Of a DNA stretch of 64,000 bases, positions 12,014-24,686 are shown one piece after another. The notes below the pieces were generated by a model. The model was not told the DNA's origin and made no database searches. It worked only from the letters and a program-made list of their open reading frames with translations. Made by a program: the position numbers and the translations under genes. Origin of the DNA: Piromyces finnis finn (taxonomy: Eukaryota; Fungi; Neocallimastigomycota). Positions within the stretch are counted from its first letter, which is position 1. Every line of letters starts with the position of its first letter. The stretch is taken from assembly GCA_002104945.1 (NCBI GenBank), contig MCFH01000012.1:868001-932000 (forward strand), read 5' to 3'.

Positions 12014-13726
12014 ATGAAAATAAATAATATCATAACATTTATTAGTTTAATTGGGATTTCTTCAGCTGCTTGTCGTAAGTTGAAAAAAAAATTCTTCAAA
12101 TTATAAACTTTAAAATATTTGAAAAAAAGAAAAAGAATATTAATTTTATATAATATATATATTTTTATAATAATAATAATATAAAAAAAACAGCTCAAGG
12201 TTTAAGCTCCTGTGGTGAAGCATGTTACAATCCAACAACTTATTCTTGTGATGAAGGTGTTTTATGGTAAATTAAACAATTTAATATATTTTATATTTGT
12301 ATAAAGAAAAAAAAATTTTTTTCTTCAATTTTATTGAAATTGAAATTAACAAAAATTTATTTTTTTTTATGTATATAAATATAAATATTATTTTTAAAAT
12401 ATTCACAAAAAAAAATATAGTCCATATGGTATGAAAAATTGTGCAGGTGCTTGTTATAATCCAAGTGAATATCATTGTACTAATGGCTCATTATCTTATG
12501 GTGCTTCAACTCAAGTAAATACTCAAGCAAACACCAATACTAATAACAATAATGTTTCCAACAATAACAACAACAACAACAACAACAAAAACGACTGGAA
12601 TAACTGGAATGGATGGAACGGATGGAACTGGAATAACAACAACAACAACAATAATAATAACGGATGGAATGGATGGAATTGGAATAACAACAACAACAAT
12701 AACAACAACAACAACAATAATAATAATGGTTGGAATGGTTGGAATTGGAATTGGAATAATAATAATAACAACAATAACAATAACAACAATTCTAATTCCA
12801 AACCAAACAACACTAATACCAATGCTAATGTTAATACTAATGTAAACAACAATATCAATAATAATGCCAATACAAATGCTAATTCAGGTTCTGATATTGC
12901 TGGATATAAATTAGTATTTTCTGATGAATTTAATGGTAATTCTCTTGATCGTTCAAAATGGACTCCAGAAGTTAATTGTTGGGGTGGAGGTAACAGTGAA
13001 AAACAATGTTATGTAGACCATCCAGAAACCATCTTCCTTAAGGATGGTCAACTTCACTTGAAGGCCATTTATAAAGGTTCCTACCAATTAAACGGCAATG
13101 ATAAATGTACCTTAAATAATGAAGATTCTTGTTCCTGGAGTCAACCAGTTATTAGTGGTCGTATAAATTCTAAATCTAATAATTTAGCATGGAAATATTG
13201 TAAAGTTAGAGTTAGAGCTCAATTACCAGCAGGTCCATTCCTTTGGCCAGCTATTTGGATGCTTCCTCAAGATGATGTTTATGGTACCTGGGCTGCTTCA
13301 GGTGAAATAGATATTATGGAAGCCAGAGGTCAAGATCCAACAAAAATTAGTCATGCTATTCACTATGGTGGTCAATGGCCAAATAATGTATATTCCGATA
13401 AGATTGTTGATGGTATTCAAGGTCAAAGTGGTTTCCATGTTTATGGTTTAGATTGGAATGAAGATTCTTTAGTATTTTCAATTGATGAAAAAACTACTTA
13501 CACCGTTGATTTAAATCGTAGTTTCTATTCTGGTAAAGGTGATAATCCATATTCTGGTAATCGTCAACCATTTGATCAAAAATTCCATTTACTTTTTAAT
13601 CTTGCTGTTGGTGGTGGTTTCTTCCCAGAAAATTCTTATGGTGCTTTTGATGCTGCTTCTCACTCTCGTCAATGGACTCGACCAGAATTAATTATCGATT
13701 ATGTTCGTGTTTATCAAAAACAATAA
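12014..13726 (+). CDS. Secreted GH16 beta-1,3-glucanase (laminarinase-type) with N-terminal tandem CBM52-like repeats; exons 12014-12074, 12194-12266, 12421-13726
   Basis: Signal peptide MKINNIITFISLIGISSAAC. Two CG/AxACYNPxxYxCxxGxL repeats assembled across GT-AG introns in frame. Asn/Trp linker. GH16 motifs LVFSDEF, WPAIWML and catalytic GEIDIME. No dockerin. Confidence 0.93.
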
Positions 13727-15854
13727 ATACCCCTAAAAGAAAACTTTAATTATTAAGGATAAATATATATATACATATTTTTATCATTAATTCTTTTTTT
13801 TTTTATAAATCTTTTATTTTTATTTAATATGTATAAAAACCTGTAGATAGAAAATAATAAATTATTATTAAAAAAAAAAACCAAAATAAAATATAAAAAA
13901 TATATATATATAAATAATATGATAAATTTATATTCTACTTTTTTTTTTTTTTTATATAATTTCAAGATTATACAATCAAAAACCTAAATATTAACAAGTT
14001 TTATTTTGTATATACACTAACAACGACACTTTAAATCTTTAAAATGAAATAATTATTTTGTATTTTGGTTGAAACTTTATTTTTTAAATATTAGATTAGT
14101 GAATCTTCTTTTTTAATAACATTATTAAAAATATTAAAAAGAAAAAAAAAAAGAAAAAAAAAAAAAATCTTTTTTTCCTTTTTTAAATCAATAATAAAGT
14201 TAACATGTTTCAAAATGTAATAGAAAGATAGAGAATTATAAATTTATTTTTCTTATTTTCTATTTACTTATTTAATATTGAATAAAATTAAAAAAATACC
14301 ACAAATTTTCATTTTTTTAATTTTGGATTATTTTAACTACAATAGTTTTATTTTAAAATTTTCCTATTTTTCAGTTGTATTATTCCCATTTTCTTCCAAG
14401 TTTTTAATTTCATTTTTTACTTTTTTCTTCATTTTTAGCATTGATAATGTATTTCATTATAATAATGTAATAGATAATCTATATTTTTATAAAAAAAAAA
14501 ATACAATTGATTTTTAGTATTTATTATCTTTAATAAAAAAAAAAGAATAAAATTATAATTCTTTTATTAGACTTCCTTGTATTGCATATAACACATATAG
14601 TAAATAAATCATTTATGAAAAAAAAAATTTATAATAACATTAATATTTAGGGAAAGTTCTGCCTATATTGGGTAGATATATATAAAAGGAATAACACTTT
14701 AAATTTTTCTATTACATAATTACATAAGAAATATTTAATTAATATTTATATTTATCTTTTTTTTTTTTTTTAATTTAAAAATAGTATTATTTATCATTAT
14801 TATAATTTAAGGTAAAAGAGAAAACAATTCTATTTACCTGTTTGAGTGAATCTTTCAATAATATTAATAAAATTAAAATTATAAGAACTATTATAAAATC
14901 AGTTACATCATGTTCATATAAGCAATTTCCTATATGTTTTGATATATGTTGTTGTAGTAATGGATTAAAATATAAATTATAAACCTTAATTATTATAAAT
15001 TGGTAAATTTATACAAAAGTTGGATTTGTGACTTATATTTAAATGATGATTATCACGAGAAATTCTTGCACATAAATAAATGTTATTTCTTATTTTATTA
15101 ATGTTTTTATATTTATTTTATGTAGTGTTATTAATTTTATATAATATCTATACTAGCTCCAAGTTAGTTTATACATTAATTCTTCTTAAAATATATTATG
15201 AAAATGATGAATTATTAAAAGCACATCTTTTTACTGTCATTAATAAAGTATTTTAATCACAAAAACCCTTAAAAACGAAATTGTAATGAACCGAGTTATA
15301 TAATGTAGTAATTTAATATTAGTTTATTTATAATTTATTATTAATTATAAAAACCTCTTCTAATTAATTATTAAACATCAATATTTTTATAGTATAAAAT
15401 TCCTATAATGAAATAGGTACATGAATTCTATAATTAATATTTTAAATTTTGTATTGTAATATATATCAATTATTATAATATTATTAATTATTATATTATT
15501 ATTATTATGAAATATTTGATATTAATTTTTAAATAGGAAATTGAATATTTTAAAGAATAAAAACGATTTTAAATAGGACTAAAAGGTAGCTAGACATATT
15601 AGTTTTGTATCAGAAACTTCAATGCTAGAATTGAGCTATAATTATTAATTCTTTGATATAATGATAGAATTAAAATAATTATATACGAAATAATTTAATA
15701 ATACTTTTATTTTTATATTAATTATTAATTTAAAAAGAAATAAAAACTTTGTGAATTTTTTTATATTACATTTTTATATATATAGTTATCTTTTTATTAT
15801 CATTAATATAATTATTAATCTATTAACTTTGTAATTTTTTTTTTTTTATTTCTA

Positions 15855-16190
15855 CTCCCCTATTTTATTAGAGAAATATCTTGGAATACGGCCAAATTAC
15901 AAGATGAACTTACAGGAAAATATTTAGAAAGAAATGTTCATTTTAAAAATATATTACCATTCAGGGTTCTAATTTATTTCTTTGTTGATTTCTAATCTTT
16001 ACTTTATCCCTTATTTTATAGTTGTTTTTATTCAACATATTTTGTTGTGCTAATCTTTTTATCTTTCCAATAATTTATTGTCCCTAACATTTTACTGGCG
16101 GCTTATTTTACCCATTTGGTGTGGTCTAGAAATCTCTCCATTAATAATTCCTCTATTGATCTTTCTTTTACACTTAATGAATTTCTTATA
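15855..16190 (-). mobile_element. Fossil Ty3/Gypsy integrase C-terminal fragment with an internal ~95-bp inversion
   Basis: The minus strand gives ...MERFLDHTKWVK*AASKMLGTINYWKD..(fs)..YKIRDKVKIRNQQRNKLEP. The plus strand 15867-15962 gives the expected continuation IREISWNTAKLQDELTGKYLERNVHFKNILPF. A PPT-like AGGGGAG follows on the minus strand near 15855-15861. Confidence 0.6.
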
Positions 16191-16737
16191 TTAGTATATT
16201 AGTATTACCATGATGAAAAAAACAAAAAAAACAAAAAAAAAAAAAAAAAAACAAATGAACATAATATATATATATAATATATATTATATACATACACTAA
16301 AATTACACAAAGTATTAATATAAACTATGGTCACAAAGCTAACGATATCATCTTAATTCAAAGTAAGACGTATTTAACTTTTATTAACCAACTATGTATA
16401 GTACTAAAATATAACTTTAAAAAATTAAATTAAATAAAATAGATTTTCTTTTTTTTTTTTATTTTTTTTTTGTTCAAATATATATATGTAAATGCATTTT
16501 GAATATGTATTATTTTATATTTTATGATTATATTTAACTATTACTGTAATATTATATGACAGTGACTATTTTGTACTATAATTTTTTATTTCTATTATCA
16601 TTCGTGATTTTATGAAGATGATAATTACTTTTATTTATACTATTGTTGTTGTTATTCTCATTATTCATTTCATTATACAACCATAATTAATTTACTTTAT
16701 AGATTTTTTTTTTTTTAATTTTATTGTCAATCCTAAC

Positions 16738-16977
16738 TAAATCCTAATAATATTAATAATTCATTATTATTTTCTTTTTCTTTTCTTTTCTTTTCTTTTT
16801 TTTAAATTAAAACCTTTAAACCTAAATACTATCAACCATAACCAAATCCTAATAATATTAATAATTCATTATTATTTTCTTTCTTTTTTTTTTTTTTTTA
16901 AATTAAAACTTGCAAACCTAAATATTTATCAACCATAACCAAATCCTAATAATATTAATAATTCATTATTATTTTCT

Positions 16978-17008
<31 letters not shown>

Positions 17009-17033
17009 AACTAAAACTTGCAAACCTAAATAC
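16738..17033. repeat. ~100-bp tandem repeat x3 downstream of EMC7
   Basis: Unit AAATCCTAATAATATTAATAATTCATTATTATTTTC-(T-rich)-AAATTAAAAC..AAACCTAAATA.TATCAACCATAACC repeated with a variable T tract. Confidence 0.85.
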
Positions 17034-17217
17034 TTTGAAAAAAAAATAAAAATTAAAAATCTATAGGTATCATTGCTTTTGAAATAGAGTGATTTTAAAT
17101 GGATATATGAGGGCGTATATGGGTGTGTAATCTTTTTATTATTTTATTATTATTTATATGTATATAAATATATATATAAAAAAAAATAATGGTATTTTTT
17201 TTTTTTTTTTAATTCTT

Positions 17218-18318
17218 TTATTTTTTCTTTTGTTTATTTTGACTAGCCATTTGAGCTTCAGCCAAGAAATTAGAAAACATTTGTGAAAAGTCACCATTTT
17301 GAGCTTTGTTCATAAAGTCTTGAACATTTCCTTGATTTCTCTTCATTTCCTTTAATTCTTCTTCATCTAAACCACTAACTAAACGTGGCATAATATACAT
17401 CATACCAATAGAAAGAGTCATAAGTAAGACAAGTGGGTTCTTGAAGAAACCAAGAATATTAATAGTTTGTCTTGGCTATTTTATTATTGTTACATATTAC
17501 AGATTGCAAAATGATATACGTTAATATATATTATTTTATATTATATTTTAATGGGTAAATTAAAAAAAAAAAAAAAAAGTTTTTTGTTAATATCAAGTTT
17601 ATTTTAAATAATGATTAATTTTTAAAGATTATTTAAGGTTTGTAAAGTATTGAAATATAGATTGTAGGTATGAAAAAAAAATATTTACTTCAAAGTAATC
17701 TTTTTTGAGGACAGCTTGAACTTCTAATGGGTAATTACACTTGTTGCTTTTGAAGAATTTATCATTAAATTCAATTTCAGTAGCTTCCTTAGAAGCTGAA
17801 ACGTTGTTGGTTTCGTCAACAAGAATCCAGAACTATTTTATATTATATATATAAATATTTAATTATATTAATATACACATATATTATGCATGTATATAAT
17901 TGCGGGTTTATTATTAGTATTTCATTTTTATTTATCTTTATTTTTTTTATTTATAATCACACACATATACAAAATACAAAAAAAAAAAAAAAAAATTACC
18001 TTGTCAAAGAAGTAATTTTTAGCATTAATTTGAGCAATGTAAATTCCTGGTTTAACATTTTTACTATAAATAGATTTTTAATTATATATATATTTTTTAT
18101 ATTAATAGAAATCCAATTTGATTAATTTTATTTATTCATTGTGATTTGCTTTTATCAAAATATTATTTTATCAAAGAAAAAATAAAATGTTATTTACATT
18201 TCGAATGAACTATCAGCCTTTAAATAGGTAACGTATTCTCCACCATTTAAAATAATTTCAGTGTTTGAGGATAATTCATGAACATCTGTCATTAATAAAA
18301 ATTAGTTAAATAGTATCA

Positions 18319-18367
<49 letters not shown>

Positions 18368-18897
18368 TTCGATTATTATCATTTTTGTTTATTTATTTAA
18401 TTGATATAGAATTTAGAATATAAGAGAATAATGATTAGTTGTTAGTTTTCCTTTTTCTAATAACATATATAAAAAAGTATAATTAATTTTTGAATTTATC
18501 TTACCTGGTAAAATAACGTTTGGATAAATTCTACCTGTGACTGAAGCAGAATAACATGAACTAGAATAGCATATAAATAAATATTATTTTTAAATGAAGA
18601 AAAAAAAAAATAATTAATGATTAAGTGTTTTGAATTTTATAATTTCTAATGTCTTTTTATATATTATAAAGTATATAACTATAAATTAAATAATGATAAT
18701 TGATTAAATAAATGGATGATTTTTCTTTTTTTTTTTTTTTTTTAAAATGTTTATGTTTATTTTCTTTGATATATATAATAATATAATAATACGTATATAT
18801 AAATATATTATTAAAAAGTTTTTTATAAAAAAAGAAAAGATAGTTACATTATGTTAAATATGAATATTATAAGAGCAGTAGATAATATTGATTTCAT
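17218..18897 (-). CDS. EMC7: ER membrane protein complex subunit 7 (multi-exon)
   Basis: Spliced product MKSILSTALIIFIFNIISCYSASVTGRIYPNVILP..EIILNGGEYVTYLKADSSFE..VKPGIYIAQI..DYFEPRQTINILGFFKNPLVLLMTLSIGMMYIMPRLVSGLDEEELKEM: signal peptide, beta-sandwich and the NP-TM-helix pattern of EMC7. GT-AG introns. Confidence 0.85.
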
Positions 18898-19547
18898 TTT
18901 TTTTTTTTTTTTTTTTTTTTTTTGCTAAATAATAATAAAAAAGTTCTATTCTATTCTATATAATAATAATAATTTTTTTTTTTTTTTTTCTGATTTTCTC
19001 TTTTTCTTAATCTTTTTTTTTTTTCTTTTAAAAAAAACAAATGATTTCTTGATTAATTTCCTTTTTTTTTTTTTTTTTTGGTTTTCTTTTTATTATATAA
19101 TTTATTTATTTTTTTATTTTTATTTTTATAATAATAATCTTTTTTAAAAAGAAAAAGAAAAAAAAAATAAAATTTTTTTATTATTAAAAATAAATTAAAA
19201 TGGATTTTTTTTATTAAATGAAATTTTGTTATTGAAGAAGAAAGAAAGAATGAACGAAAAAGAAAAAGATTTAACCAGAAATAAAGTAAAAAAAAGAAAA
19301 AAAAAACAAGCAAACAATAAAAGAAATTAATTTTAAATTTAGGAAAAGGGATTGTTTAAAAAAAAAAAAAGAAAAAAAATGAGAGTTATTGATATAAACT
19401 ACTTTTTATATAAAAAAAACTTTTCATTTTTATTTTTATTTTATTTTTTTCTTTAAATTTACAGAATTTCAATATTTAATATACATATTTATATATATTT
19501 TATATTTATACATATTTTTTGAAAAGATATGGAAGGGGGTTTTTTTT

Positions 19548-20512
19548 TTATTCAAGTAAGAATAAATACTCTTCTAAAACCTTATAAGAAATATTCCAAT
19601 TAAAGAGGTACATAATACCAAAGAAAACAAAGTATATAAATTTATATTTACTCATTAAACCAACAAAGAACCATATTGGGAAAAGAATGAGACGAACAAA
19701 CATGACATGTAATAATTTAACAATAGTCACTTTTAAATTAAATTCATAGACCATACTTTCTTTTAAACCATCCCAAAATCCATCAACTAAAAGACATAAA
19801 GAAGCTGTACCGATACAACGAATATCATTATTATGGCGGAAGTAAAGAGCAATACCAATAAGGAATAATTTACCAAAGAATTTTACGTTTTCTTGAAGAC
19901 CATTGACATAGCGTTTGACAAAAATTCTTTCCAGTAAAAGATAACAAAGGTAAATGGTGTAAAGAAGACTATAGATTTGTGGATGCATATCATAATTACG
20001 AGTAATATTATGTAAAAGTACGGTAAGAAGAGAAAGACATAATAAGAATTTAACATATCCAAATGCCTTTTTTCTTTCTTGATATTTTATAAAGGTGGAG
20101 AAAGAAGGATAAACATAGGATTTACAGGATTGTTTTTGTGTATACATTCTATCTTGATATTGATTACATTTATCTATTAGATGGGTATACCTATCAATAA
20201 AATCATCATAGGCATCTCTGTTTTTTCCAATTAATTCTTCTTCATTAATACCATATTTTTTAATCCATTCATCTTTTTGTTGTGGTGTTAAATTTTTATA
20301 GTCTTGATCAACCTTACCTTCTTCTTCTTCTTCATACAATTTTCCAGTGGATGAAGTTGGTACTTTTGACTTTAATTTTGAACTTGGTGTATATTCATGA
20401 ATTTCTGGTTCATTTGATTCATTGGTACTATGATCTTTTGCTATTTGATTTTCTAAATCTTTATTCCATAATGAAGGTAATTTTTTTTTTTTTTTTTTTC
20501 GATTATTATCAT
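19548..20512 (-). CDS. Multi-pass membrane protein, possibly TLC (TRAM/LAG1/CLN8)-like; probable start at 20512 with an apparent frameshift in a 19-nt homopolymer
   Basis: The frame stays open upstream of the tracked start to about 20480. ATG at 20512 is out of frame across the T19 run at 20481-20499. The C-terminal half has 5-6 hydrophobic helices including FVRLILFP. The family call is weak. Confidence 0.6.
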
Positions 20513-20724
20513 TATATATAATTTTAGTGTGTGTTGAATAATATTAATGTAGTGAGTGTATATATATGTATGAATATATGTATGTATATAGGTGAGGGTG
20601 TAAAGATTATATTGAAATAATAAAAATATTAAAAGTGTTTTTTTTTTTTTTTTATTAAAAAAGATTAATTATTATTTTTTCTTTTTTATATTACATATAT
20701 TTATTAAAAAAAAAAAAAAAAGTT

Positions 20725-21399
20725 TTATTTTTTTTTGTTGTTACCTATATTTTCTTTTGTTTCTTTTTGTTTAATGCTTGGATTGTTATTAGAAGAGGTG
20801 AAAACACCATAATAATTATCAACATTAATAGAATTATTTTTTTCTTCTTCATTATACTTTTCTTCACTTTCCATATGAATGGAATAGAGGGTCATTTCAA
20901 GATCATCAATAACAATATGTCTTTCATCAATACGTTGTTCTCTAAGTATGAGGGAATGAGCTCTCTCCTCCACATTACTATATACGATAGCATCAGCGGA
21001 ATTAAAAGCATAATCTTCTACTCTGAAATAATCAGGATTAACCTTTCTATCTACTTCAGGAATATTCCAATGACCATGATAAATCCATGGGATTTTCCAG
21101 AAATATCTTTCAAATAATGTATTACAAACATATACAGCACCTGGACCGATGGTAATAATTATTGATGGTAAAAGATGTGGATTGGCCATCCAATGATTCC
21201 ATATATCATTAGCAAAAGAATCTATTATAATTAATATTAGTTATTAGTATTTAGTGTATTTTGCATAGTATTATTTGTTTTTAAGTGAAAATAATTAATA
21301 AATAAAAAAGAGACAATCATTGATACTTCAAATATATATATTTATATGCATATTTTATATATTATATATATGTATACTGTATGTTTTTTTTTTAATAAC

Positions 21400-21430
<31 letters not shown>

Positions 21431-21944
21431 CAAATTATAAATGTAAAATTTTTAAATTATTTTAAATTTCTTATATTTATAAAATGCATTTCTATTTTAT
21501 AATTTTATATAGGTATAAATAATAGTGATAAAAAAAAAAAAAGACTTTAACAGATTTAAGGAAATATAAAGTATAATGTTTATATTGTTACCTAAAGTAG
21601 ATTCAGACCAATATAAGTGATCAGTAACTTCTATTGGGAATGGAGCTACATATTGATAAGGTAAATTAAATTTTGTTTCGTTATCTGGATAAATATCAAC
21701 AATAACACCATTCATTTGTTGTAAAACTTTAATGTAAGCTTGAACAAGAGGTGAAGCTCTTTGTGTTTCTTCTGGATCACCATTTCCGTTAACATGGAAT
21801 AAAGCAATTCTTTTTAAAGCTATTCAAAGTTGTTTAAAGAGTATTATGGTCCATTTTATATTGTTTGGAAATAAAAATAATTATCAAATTTTATGAGTGA
21901 AAAAAAAGGTTGAATATATACAATAGATATATAATAATAATAAT

Positions 21945-21985
<41 letters not shown>

Positions 21986-22305
21986 AATGAAATTTAAAAT
22001 ATATCCAATGAATACACACACACATATATATATAAAATATAAATATTTTTATTTATCATTGATGGTTCATTATATTTTTTTTAATAAATAAATAAATAAA
22101 TAAATAAAAAATTGTAATTTAGAAATGTATTTCAATATTTTATGTTATAAAAATTAAAAATAAAATTATATATATAAAATATTAAAAAAAAACCTTTTGA
22201 ACCAGTTTCCGGTTTTATTTTTTTTACTTGTGGTTTATTTTCAACAGTTTCTTCTGTTTTTTTTTCGAATTTTGGTCTTATATAAGGCTTACTTTCTTCT
22301 GTCAT
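20725..22305 (-). CDS. 278-aa protein resembling only the N-terminal Rossmann domain of GT4 (MshA-like) glycosyltransferases; exons 22305-22194, 21819-21592, 21221-20725
   Basis: Three exons join in frame via GT-AG introns. KRIALFHVNG..VIVDIYP, WKIPWIYHGH and RVEDYAFNSADAIVYSNVEE parallel the GT4 N-domain elements KRIALISEH..VDVFTR, IPFVxTFH and RxExxxxxxADxIIA. Confidence 0.6.
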
Positions 22306-22919
22306 ATTGAACTCTTTTTTTATTTTATTTTTTATTTTTTTTTTTTGTAAAGTTTTTTTTTTGTAATTGTATTATCGGCGGTAGATTTATCCTTCGTTTT
22401 CTTCTTCTTCTTTTTCTTGCTTGTTACTATTATGATTGATAAAAGGATATGTCAAGTCGCCGTTAAAAAAAGCAATTTTTTTTTTTTCTTTTATTTTTAA
22501 AATATAAAAATTATTTTTTTGTATAATAAATATTTTATTTTATTTTTAAAAAAATAATTTTAATAAAATGAATGAATGAATTATTAATTATACAGATAAA
22601 TTATTACTATATTTATTATAAAAAGTCAATGAATAAATAATAATATTTTTAATAAATTATTTCTAATAAAAAATTAATATTTAAAATTTAAATTAATTTA
22701 AACCAATCATTTTTTATAATTATATTTAAATCTACACAAAAAAATTCCTTTTTTTTTTTTTTTTTAAAGTATACATAAAAATAATTAAAAAAAAAATAAC
22801 ATTATTACCTTTTATAAAAGGATATAATTAGTTAATAAAGTAACAGCAACCACAACTATAACGCTTTTATCTGTAAATACTCATATTTTTATTAATATAT
22901 TATAAATAAATAAAAAAAA

Positions 22920-24340
22920 ATGGTAAGTAAAATAAATGTTTAAAAGTAGTTATTAAAATAATACTTTTTTTTTTTTTTGATTTTAAATAATTCATAAAAA
23001 AAAAACTTTTAAATTGACCTATATATTCTATTTTTAATATTATTAAAACTCTATGCTTTTAAATATATTTATCTATTTATTAATATTTAATGTTTTTTTT
23101 ATTACATTATTTTTTTTTATTACATTACTTTTTTTTTTTTACTTATTTCAAAAAGCCAAAAAAGTTAACGGTCAAGTCAGTTAAAGGTTATGAAAATGCT
23201 CACCCATATTCCAGAAAAGCACATCAAGTTCAACGTGCTATGTTAAGAGAAGAAAAGAATTCTAAAACCAAAACAGCTAAAACAGCCGAAAATAATATTG
23301 AAAGTAATTATTTGTATTGAATAATATAATCTTTTTATTTTTATCAATATATATATTATAATAATATATACTTTTTTAAATTTTATAATTCGAAAAATTC
23401 TTTTTTATTTTTTTCTCGATAACCGAAATTTCTGGGTTAAAAAAAAAAAAAAACTAATTTATTTAATACTAAAATTATTGTTATTATAATAATTATTATT
23501 TTTTAATAATATATAGTTGAAAAGTATCAATTCTTTAGAAGTCAAGTTCCAGAAGGAAAGGGTAGATTAACTTTAGAAGAATTAACAAATGCTATTGAAA
23601 AGTATGTATTCTTGTTATAAGACATCAGGATCATTACAATTATTTATTTTTCGATAAATTTGGAAATTTTAAAAATTAATAATTTCAAAAAAAAAAAAAA
23701 CTTTTCTTTTTATCTATTTATTACAATTATTATAATTATTATGTTCCTTTCTCTTTCTCATTGTATCAACTATAATTTTTTTAAAAAAAAAAAGATATAT
23801 CGATCGTAACAATGAAGAAATTGAAAATATTACTGCTAGTTTAAGAAAGGGAAGAGTAGCCCCACCAAGATTAACTTTATTAAAAGCGTAAATAATTTTT
23901 ATTGAATATTATAAAATTTCTTGAAATAAGCGCAATAATATATATATCAATTTTTTTATTTCATATTTTTTTTATTTATTTATTTATTATTATTTTAAAT
24001 ATTAATAATTCACTTTCCCCACTTTACTATATATATATAATAAAATGAATATTTCTTTATGCTTGGATTGGTATAATGTTTCCTCTTTACTTTATATAAT
24101 TAATATTTTTTTTTAAAAAAAAATAAAACAGTTTAAAGAAAAAGGAACAAGAAGAATTTGACCATGGAATGTGTAAATATTATAAAAATAGTCATCCCAT
24201 TATATAATGAAATTATGAAAATAAAATTTAGTAAATTAATCTATTCAATGGTATATATTTAATGATAATGTTAAAATAGTTGTTCCAGACTTAACTATTG
24301 TAAAGAATGTCGAAACTTTAAGGTAGATAGTGGTGTTAAC

Positions 24341-24396
<56 letters not shown>

Positions 24397-24686
24397 TTAT
24401 TTATTTATTTTTTTATGTTTATATATGTTTTATCTTCTTACCCTACGCCCAAAAAAAAAAAATTTTTTATCTATATTTTTTTTACAAAATAATTTGAAAA
24501 ATAAAAAAAAAAAATTCCTATAGAAAATGGAAAAATGATTGGAATTCCATTAAGCTTATTAGATTAGTCAAGGTTTACTCTAGAAATTCACAAAAAGTAA
24601 AGGAAGAACAAAAAAAGATAAATAAGGAGAAAGAAGAACAAAAACAATTAAATCATCAAAAGAAACAAGAAATGCAACTTGACTGA
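22920..24686 (+). CDS. TMA16: Translation machinery-associated protein 16 (multi-exon)
   Basis: ATG|GTAAGT at 22920, then PKKLTVKSVKGYENAHPYSRKAHQVQRAMLRE..YIDRNNEEIE..RKGR..LKEKEQEEFDHG..VPDLT..WKNDWNSIKLIR. The HPxSRKA, YIxR and PDLT motifs match Tma16. Confidence 0.88.

Noticed and set aside
12523-12870. Antisense and alternative-frame ORFs over the GH16 linker and the KDM5-like Asn tail (57244-60028)
   Set aside because: Shadows of AAT/AAC repeats in real genes.
19548-22305. GT4-like and membrane-protein genes as one spliced gene via a possible donor near 20742
   Set aside because: No AG acceptor on the minus strand in the stretch preceding the downstream open frame; an ATG at 20512 explains it better.
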